NCBI GenBank assembly: GCA_002305475.1
Contig: DBRB01000003.1
Coordinates: 111,844 to 175,843 of the forward strand
DNA length: 64,000 bases
Direction: 5' to 3'
From: a candidate division WWE3 bacterium UBA1379
GTDB lineage: Bacteria > Patescibacteriota > WWE3 > UBA101185 > UBA10185
Part shown: positions 58,061 to 64,000 of the stretch, one piece after another
Layout of the letters: the number at the start of each line of letters is the position of its first letter
How positions within the stretch are numbered: the stretch's first letter is position 1
The notes under the pieces: generated by a model
What the model was told of the DNA's origin: nothing
The model's input: the letters and a program-made list of their open reading frames with translations, nothing else
Database searches by the model: none
Position numbers and translations under genes: made by a program

Positions 58061-58398
58061 AATTAGTTGATAAAATTAAATCTCTATGTATTTAGCCAGA
58101 TTGTTTTTCACATTGAGAATAATATTTATATTATTGAGTGCACTTTACTATCTATTTAATAGGTTATCTCCGTTCAATGAGTTGCCCAGTGATATTATTA
58201 TTCGCAGAGGTAATTATATCTTTTATTTTCCTATAGTATCAATATTACTTCTAAGTTTAATACTCAGCATTGTTATTAATCTTTTTATTAGAAAGTAATC
58301 ATAAGTAATAGGATTGTTAGAAAGTAAGGCAGTAGATTATTTTTTATGGTATAAATCATTCTGAGACTAAAGAATCCAGATACAGGAGGGAGAGAAAA

Positions 58399-58848
58399 AT
58401 GAAAAAAATTAGCTGGAATCACATCAATTTAGGTGGGGATATCGAATTAATAAACCGTATAGCTGCTATTTTTATCAAGTTGATGAAAGACAAAAATGTA
58501 GAATGCAAATTTGTCTGCGCAAGGATTAATTGTAAAGAAGAGTTTGGTGGTAGTTTGACAATCAAAATAAAACCGCCTTGGAGTGCTTCTGAATTTTATA
58601 GTAATCTAAATATTTTTGTATGTAGAGAGAACAACGGATTTAATTTACTGGATATTAAAGAGTTCGAAGGAAACATACTTTGGCCTAATATTGTCGAAAC
58701 AAATGCAATTTCATTTAAGTTAGGTCAGAGGACGCAGGAATACAGATTACGTTTAGTTGATTTGTTGCAACTGATACAACTTATATCAGCGCATGACAGT
58801 ACAAATACTATGAGAGTGAAAGAAATAATCATGAGGTTGAAATTATAG
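58399..58848 (+). CDS. hypothetical protein
   Basis: The 149-aa ORF is followed by a clean terminator. No motif was recognised. Confidence 0.4.
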   Translation: MKKISWNHINLGGDIELINRIAAIFIKLMKDKNVECKFVCARINCKEEFGGSLTIKIKPPWSASEFYSNLNIFVCRENNGFNLLDIKEFEGNILWPNIVETNAISFKLGQRTQEYRLRLVDLLQLIQLISAHDSTNTMRVKEIIMRLKL

Positions 58849-58857
58849 TCAGTACTA

Positions 58858-58900
58858 AGTGTCCGTCTTACAACAAAGCCGGACACTATTTTTATTTTTC
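58858..58900 (+). terminator. rho-independent terminator after 58399..58848
   Basis: The hairpin AGTGTCCG-tcttacaacaaagc-CGGACACT is followed by ATTTTTATTTTT. Confidence 0.55.
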
Positions 58901-59122
58901 ACGATCTGTGATATCAAATATCTTGTATCTATACTTTTCACCGGATAATAATCGGATATAGGATTTTGGTACATTAAATAACTCTGAAAGTGATTTTATT
59001 GCATCCTGGTTAGCCTTACCTTCGATGGCAGGAGAAGATACATAAATGTGAAGCATTTGATACTCATCTTTTTTTATCCGGGGGTTTTTTGAATTTGGGT
59101 GAACAAAAACCTTTACTTTCAT
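58892..59122 (-). CDS. DUF167 (YggU-like) family protein
   Basis: The motifs KVKVFVHP...LHIYVSSPAIEGKANQDAIKSLSELFNVPKSYIRLLSGEKYRYKIFDI match the DUF167 pattern (G.AN.al...l...l.v.ks.v.i..G..sr.K.v.i). Confidence 0.65.
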   Translation of the reverse strand: MKVKVFVHPNSKNPRIKKDEYQMLHIYVSSPAIEGKANQDAIKSLSELFNVPKSYIRLLSGEKYRYKIFDITDREK

Positions 59123-59233
59123 ATATACAGTATACTTTATGCTTTCAAATAAATAATTGTATTAATATAAATAGAAGTAATTTCTTACAGAAGTATAACT
59201 TTTTTCCAAATTAACAGATTAAAATTATGTTGT

Positions 59234-60301
59234 ATGTTTAATACTAAACTGGCATATTTTTTGCAAATAGGTGCCCTATTAGTATTTATAGTGATCACAA
59301 TAATTAGTAGATTTGGCGATAAAATACCTAAGTCTGATTATTCTTTTGTTTTAATGGAAAACCCTGAAATCTCAGGATGGGTCGCGTGGTGGAAAGAGGA
59401 TGAGGGGATGGATTTAATTAACAGACACAACAGCCAGATATCGTCAATATCGCCTTTCTGCTTTATCGTGAATGACAGTTTAGAAGTGGAAAATAAATGC
59501 AAAAAACTTCTCAATAAAGATGTGGTGCTACAATATAAGGACGCAGGTATAAAAGTAATTCCTACCTTAGGCTCAGATATTCGTTATGAACAATGGACTC
59601 CTCTACTTACCAATGATACTGGTATTAAACAATTAGCCGAATACCTATCTACGCAAATTGCGGATATTGGAGCTGACGGTATAGATTTGGACATTGAGGG
59701 TATAGAAGAATCAGATAGGGATAGGTTTACTAGAATGGTAGAAATATTTAATGACGTATTTTCCAGTCGCGGGCAGCATTTATCTGTTACTATCCATGCC
59801 CAGGACGGTAAGAATTTCTACAAAATAACAAAAGGTCAGGATATTAGAGCAATTGGAAGATTGGCGGATGAAGTGAGAATTATGGCGTATGACCAACACG
59901 GTACTTTTTCGGGTCCTGGTCCTATCACCTCACTAAACTGGCTGAAGGATACGGTTAACTATAATCTATCTCTAATACCAAGAGATAAATTAGTGATAGG
60001 TCTTCCATCGTATGGATATATCTGGGAACAAACTGGATATTCTAAAGGATATTTGTATAGTGAATTTATGGACTATCTGAATAAAAGCACAGAAAAATAT
60101 TATGTTGATCGGGATTCTTCATCAAAAGAGCTAGTATATAAAACCTCATTGTATGAGGGATGGTTATCCGATGCCTTTTCTGTTATTGCCAAGATTAATA
60201 CTGTCAGATTCCTTGGGGTGAACAGATTCGTAATTTGGAATCTTAGCGGTATTGATGAACGCCTGTTTGATCATAATTGGACTTTTCCTGATAATGGATG
60301 A
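59234..60301 (+). CDS. membrane-anchored GH18-like (chitinase-fold) protein
   Basis: An N-terminal TM is present. The catalytic-type motif DGIDLDIEGIE is close to the GH18 motif DGxDxDWE but has Ile in place of Trp. Confidence 0.5.
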   Translation: MFNTKLAYFLQIGALLVFIVITIISRFGDKIPKSDYSFVLMENPEISGWVAWWKEDEGMDLINRHNSQISSISPFCFIVNDSLEVENKCKKLLNKDVVLQYKDAGIKVIPTLGSDIRYEQWTPLLTNDTGIKQLAEYLSTQIADIGADGIDLDIEGIEESDRDRFTRMVEIFNDVFSSRGQHLSVTIHAQDGKNFYKITKGQDIRAIGRLADEVRIMAYDQHGTFSGPGPITSLNWLKDTVNYNLSLIPRDKLVIGLPSYGYIWEQTGYSKGYLYSEFMDYLNKSTEKYYVDRDSSSKELVYKTSLYEGWLSDAFSVIAKINTVRFLGVNRFVIWNLSGIDERLFDHNWTFPDNG

Positions 60302-60391
60302 TCCCAGTTTATTTAAAAGACTAAGTATGATCATAACTAAATGAAACAGTATGGATATACTTCCTAACTGGCTGTTTAACATTGCCATATT

Positions 60392-61462
60392 TTAATCTCC
60401 TTTATTAATCTTATATCTAGTGGTATCCCATGAGTAATTTTTCTCATAGCTCAGATAGCCTTGGAAAAAACTTCTGATAAAAACTAAGCTAGACAAGAAA
60501 CGTAAGAAGTAAAAATGAAATATGTAAGGAAACAGTTTAAAGCTTCTGATTCTTATGGAAACCCAAAGTAGACTTGGAATAAAAAATAATCCCAGATCCA
60601 GTAGTATCGGATATTTTAGAACATGAATATAGTTAAAAACTAGAACTGAAGGAAAAAAGAAGATCAGCATAAATGCTAGTATGCTGTTGTATAACCCTTC
60701 TATAGCCATCAAAGTCACTTCAAAATCCAGAGTCTGACCGCCCCAAGGAATATTATGTTTCTTAACCGCCTGCCAGAAACCTGTATACCAACGGGTTATT
60801 TGTTTTAAAAAATCTTTAAGGTTGTTGGGGTCCTGAGTATATACTACCGCTTGTGGTACAAATACCATGTGATTATACCCTCTTCTGTGCAGTTGAAAGG
60901 TAAAGTCCATATCTTCGGTCAGGGTGCCGGTAGGAAATACGTTATTCCTCAGAATTTTGCTTCTGTAGACAGTAGCACATCCCGGCACAACTATGATTGC
61001 AGACATAAATGCTTGTGCCTGTTTATGTATGAAGTGTGAAATCTGGTATTCCCAGATCCGGTATTTTTCCACCCAGCTGTTTCCCCTACCCTCAACTCTC
61101 CCTACAGCAATCTGTACCTTTTTGTTTTTTTCCATAATTGGAATAATGTATTTAAGAAATTTCTTATCCGGTCTGGTGTCCGCATCCATTAGCAAGATAT
61201 AATGATAATTGTGTGCAATATTAAAATGAGCAATTCCCTGGTTTAATGCTGAAGCTTTGCCGGAGTTGGGCAGAATTAAAACATTGTCGGTGTATCTTAA
61301 TGCGATTTTTGACGTTTTGTCTTTAGACCCGTCATCAATCACATAGATATGTTCTTTTTTAACGATATTTTTAACTGCTTTTAGAGTATCAGATAGCACC
61401 AGTGCTTCATTATATGCTGGTATTATTACGGCTGTTTTATCGTCTACGGATTTTCTTGCCAT
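60392..61462 (-). CDS. processive GT2 beta-glycosyltransferase (PgaC/IcaA/NodC/chitin-synthase-like) with C-terminal TMs
   Basis: The motifs AVIIPAYNE, VIDDGSKD, LMDADT (DxD), TEDMD and QITRWYTGFWQ (QxxRW) are present, followed by 3 to 4 C-terminal TMs. Confidence 0.8.
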   Translation of the reverse strand: MARKSVDDKTAVIIPAYNEALVLSDTLKAVKNIVKKEHIYVIDDGSKDKTSKIALRYTDNVLILPNSGKASALNQGIAHFNIAHNYHYILLMDADTRPDKKFLKYIIPIMEKNKKVQIAVGRVEGRGNSWVEKYRIWEYQISHFIHKQAQAFMSAIIVVPGCATVYRSKILRNNVFPTGTLTEDMDFTFQLHRRGYNHMVFVPQAVVYTQDPNNLKDFLKQITRWYTGFWQAVKKHNIPWGGQTLDFEVTLMAIEGLYNSILAFMLIFFFPSVLVFNYIHVLKYPILLDLGLFFIPSLLWVSIRIRSFKLFPYIFHFYFLRFLSSLVFIRSFFQGYLSYEKNYSWDTTRYKINKGD

Positions 61463-62337
61463 ATGATGTCCTCGAAGATCTGACTGGGCGTAACAACCGC
61501 AAGTCCAGAATTATTTATTTCCTCTATCAGCTGCCGAAAGGTTGATTCCTCAATACCATACTGTTCGTCCTTATCATTATTGATTTCGGCTCCTATCTGA
61601 TGAAATACAATTATGAGCCAATAACGGTTTTGTTTTGATTCATCAATCCACGACTTGATTTCATCAAAGGTTGTATTGATCTGAATATTTTTCACTTTCA
61701 AGTGATAAGAATCCAGATTATTTAAATCATTAAAACCTGGTTCAACCGTCCTATATGCAGAAAACTGCCTTGTAGCTTCCTCTTCGAGATCCGTACTGTT
61801 AACACCACAAGGACTAACAAAGACATCTGATGCCAGATCTTGATTCCACATTTCCATAGTTGCATATCTTAGTTCGTTTCTGATTTTGGTGCGACTCCAA
61901 TCTTGCATGGTACAGTCATGAAAGCGGCTGTGATTGGTTATTTCCCATCCTAGCTCCTGAAGAATTTTTACCTGTGCCCAGTTCATATAATTTGGTTTGC
62001 CGACTGCTTGTGTAGGTACTGCCAGTGTTCCGACATATCCGTATTCGTTTAGGATTTGTGCACCTTTGAGATATTGAGAAATCCAGGCGTCATCAAACCA
62101 GAAGGTGATATATCCAGAATCCGAAGGAGGAAGGGGCGGGTAGTCTATATCACCAACAGGAGCAGCATTAATTACACTGTTATCTGCAGATGCGATCTGA
62201 GGATTGTTGGTGATAAAAAGCAAAGTTCGGACATAGTTGAATGCCAACCATGCAATAAGACACGGAACTATCAACCAGAATAGAAAAGTATGATCTGATT
62301 TATTATTATTTCTTTTCATAAATACTGAAATCTCCAA
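61444..62337 (-). CDS. polysaccharide deacetylase (CE4 / NodB-homology), membrane anchored
   Basis: It has an N-terminal TM. CE4 motif 1 is present as TFWFDDAW, and motif 2 (H[ST]xxH) as TNHSRFHD. It overlaps the GT2 start by 19 nt. Confidence 0.65.
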   Translation of the reverse strand: MEISVFMKRNNNKSDHTFLFWLIVPCLIAWLAFNYVRTLLFITNNPQIASADNSVINAAPVGDIDYPPLPPSDSGYITFWFDDAWISQYLKGAQILNEYGYVGTLAVPTQAVGKPNYMNWAQVKILQELGWEITNHSRFHDCTMQDWSRTKIRNELRYATMEMWNQDLASDVFVSPCGVNSTDLEEEATRQFSAYRTVEPGFNDLNNLDSYHLKVKNIQINTTFDEIKSWIDESKQNRYWLIIVFHQIGAEINNDKDEQYGIEESTFRQLIEEINNSGLAVVTPSQIFEDIIWQENP

Positions 62338-63745
62338 CTTGATATACTAGGTTGTACTGCTTCTCCACTTCCGGTAAAAGAATCTCTCTTAATGATTCTT
62401 TTTTTGGTGTATCGTCTGCAGTATTAAGCTCGATATATTGGAAGTACTTATCTTTGACCGCCTGCAGATAGCCATTTTCATCTGTGAATCCGGAATAATT
62501 TATCCAGTCAAAAGTTGTGATATTCACGGGATGATTTTTCTCATATAAGGCAAGCATCGTGGATGCACCTGCCTGAGTAAGTATTTTATCCCCCTGCTTG
62601 GAATTTTCAGAAAGAAATGAATCGATCATTGTGGTGTCAGGCCATGAGTGTTCCAGCTGTTTAAAAGTTATGATCGAACTGACAAGAAAATAGAGAATTC
62701 CGTAATATGCCGTGGCTTTTAGGAAAATAGAAGGAAAGGATTGAGAGTGGATTATATAAGACAGACCATAACCAATAATCGGAGAAAGAAAAACGACGGA
62801 AAAGTAGAGATGTTTATCCAGTGTAGTAAATCGATGGTAATAAAGATGAAAAGCCGGAAGTACTGATGCAAGAAACACAAGCATAGAAGCAGCATAGAAT
62901 TTCTTTTTAAGGATTAAAATAATTGCTGATATTAACCCGAATATCAGAACCAGTTTCATGTCATTCCATATTGTTTCAATAATTTCAGTTAGTGGATATA
63001 TTTCATAATCTATTTGTCCTGATACATAAGCCTTAAGGCTTTCCATATCAAAGACTAAGTAGACGGCAAATCCGGATAGCAAAGGTATTAAAAAATATTT
63101 AAACCAGATGTGAAGATTTTGTTTTTGGTACTTTCTTGTAAATATATAGGAAGCTACGACAATAAACGGAAAATAGATAGCAGTAACAATTTTGCAGAAA
63201 TATGAAAGAAGTAATCCTAAAGCTGATAAGAAATAATGTTTTCCCGTGCTTGTTTTTCCTGCTTTTATCATTTCGTTTATGGAAAAAATCAACAGAAAAA
63301 AGCTCGGAATATCATATGTAGCAAGACGGCTTGAGTATATGCCCACCCCGGAAAATCCTGCGATAATTACTGCTAGATACGCTGCAGTTTGATTAATCTT
63401 TTTTGAGAAAAGATTAAGGTGTCTGGTTAATATAAAAACCTCTTCTACTATCAACAGACTAAACATAATATTTAATAGCCTAGAGGCAGTGATTCCTCCG
63501 GTTTGAAAAACCAGGGATGTCATGATGGGATATACAAGCGGGGATCCTGCCATCCAAGACCGGGCTCCGAACGTGACAAAGTCATTTTCTAACAATCCCA
63601 TCTTGCCTACTACAATATATATGGCTTCATCGTTAAACGGAGAGTTATAATTCAGGTTGAATATCCGTAGGAAAGTTATTACGGCAATAAGCATATAAAA
63701 CAATATTAACGGGTGTTTTTTATTATAAATTTCAAAATTTATCAC
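62306..63745 (-). CDS. GT-C-like membrane glycosyltransferase (ArnT/PMT_2-like)
   Basis: The motif YNSPFNDEAIYIVVGKMG follows TM1. The 479-aa protein has more than 10 TMs. Its 3' end overlaps the CE4 gene by 32 nt. Confidence 0.5.
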   Translation of the reverse strand: MINFEIYNKKHPLILFYMLIAVITFLRIFNLNYNSPFNDEAIYIVVGKMGLLENDFVTFGARSWMAGSPLVYPIMTSLVFQTGGITASRLLNIMFSLLIVEEVFILTRHLNLFSKKINQTAAYLAVIIAGFSGVGIYSSRLATYDIPSFFLLIFSINEMIKAGKTSTGKHYFLSALGLLLSYFCKIVTAIYFPFIVVASYIFTRKYQKQNLHIWFKYFLIPLLSGFAVYLVFDMESLKAYVSGQIDYEIYPLTEIIETIWNDMKLVLIFGLISAIILILKKKFYAASMLVFLASVLPAFHLYYHRFTTLDKHLYFSVVFLSPIIGYGLSYIIHSQSFPSIFLKATAYYGILYFLVSSIITFKQLEHSWPDTTMIDSFLSENSKQGDKILTQAGASTMLALYEKNHPVNITTFDWINYSGFTDENGYLQAVKDKYFQYIELNTADDTPKKESLREILLPEVEKQYNLVYQVGDFSIYEKK

Positions 63746-63878
63746 TAAAATCGATATCTCTTTAACTATTTATATAGGTCTAAAGTATACGTAGAAAAGT
63801 ATTAGAAGCGTTAGTATTATGTTAAAGGAATAATATTTAAAATAAGTTATTCTATTAATTATTATAATATGAATGAGA

Positions 63879-64000
63879 CTACCTGTTTCTCTCGTTTTTA
63901 ACAAACAACCAGGTACCGATGGTGATGAATATAATTGTAAGTATTGCAATAATTAACAGATTAATAAAGTAATTATGAAGTACTATCTTGTTGTATTCCT
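63879..64000 (-). CDS. 3' end of a membrane-protein gene entering from the right edge (partial)
   Basis: The reverse strand has an open frame ...EYNKIVLHNYFINLLIIAILTIIFITIGTWLFVKNERNR, with a TAG stop at 63879..63881. Confidence 0.25.
   Translation of the reverse strand, partial: EYNKIVLHNYFINLLIIAILTIIFITIGTWLFVKNERNR

Noticed and set aside
58086-58298. 70-aa hydrophobic ORF between the eRF1-like gene and 58399
   Set aside because: It has no ribosome-binding site, and its sequence is low-complexity and Ile/Leu-rich, as expected from AT-rich noncoding DNA. It was not listed as a gene.
1-64000. CRISPR arrays or other regularly spaced direct repeats
   Set aside because: No run of repeats of about 24 to 48 bp separated by uniform spacers is visible anywhere. 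The intergenic regions are short, at most about 360 nt, and not repetitive.
1-64000. Alternative genetic code (UGA read as Gly or Trp), as in some AT-rich candidate phyla
   Set aside because: Long conserved genes (copA at 784 aa, rarA, trxB, msrBA and the 1186-aa fusion) are intact and full length under the standard code. In-frame TGA is not needed anywhere.

Overview
This window is an AT-rich bacterial chromosomal segment of about 64 kb, roughly 30% GC by eye. It is densely packed with about 70 protein genes, many with overlapping starts and stops, and three tRNA genes that encode their own CCA ends. All long ORFs are intact under the standard genetic code, so there is no sign of UGA recoding. 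I found no rRNA, CRISPR array, transposase or integrase.

The dominant theme is cell-surface glycan biosynthesis. At least 12 to 13 polytopic GT-C-fold glycosyltransferase paralogs (ArnT/PMT_2/PMT-like, with a DE/DD motif just after the first transmembrane helix) are spread across the window. They include three pairs of near-duplicate paralogs and one 1186-aa fusion of a YfhO-like module to a PMT-like module. Two compact polysaccharide cassettes stand out: (i) a GH8 endoglucanase with a BcsA-like processive GT2 that has no PilZ domain and no BcsB partner, followed by two PMT-like GT-C genes in one tight operon; (ii) a GT-C, a CE4 deacetylase and a PgaC/NodC-like processive GT2 on one strand, with a GH18-like protein converging on them. 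A GT2, a CapA-family protein and a SAM methyltransferase are interspersed.

Other modules:
- A copper module: an OmpR-type response regulator with its sensor kinase, a fusion of an HMA domain to a permease and a cupredoxin-like domain, CopA, and a bona fide type-1 cupredoxin gene.
- A sortase next to a small secreted Pro/Thr-rich protein.
- An eRF1/Pelota-like (baeRF-type) protein.
- Housekeeping genes (trxB, sodA, rarA, rpsD, xth, msrBA fusion, mpg glycosylase, HIT, TspO, two PQQ-dependent sugar dehydrogenase paralogs).
- A probable homopolymer-frameshifted zinc-ribbon gene.

Lineage is inferred only: the gene content and style resemble small-genome Patescibacteria/CPR-like bacteria. Every functional call rests on motifs read from the translated ORFs; no database search was possible.
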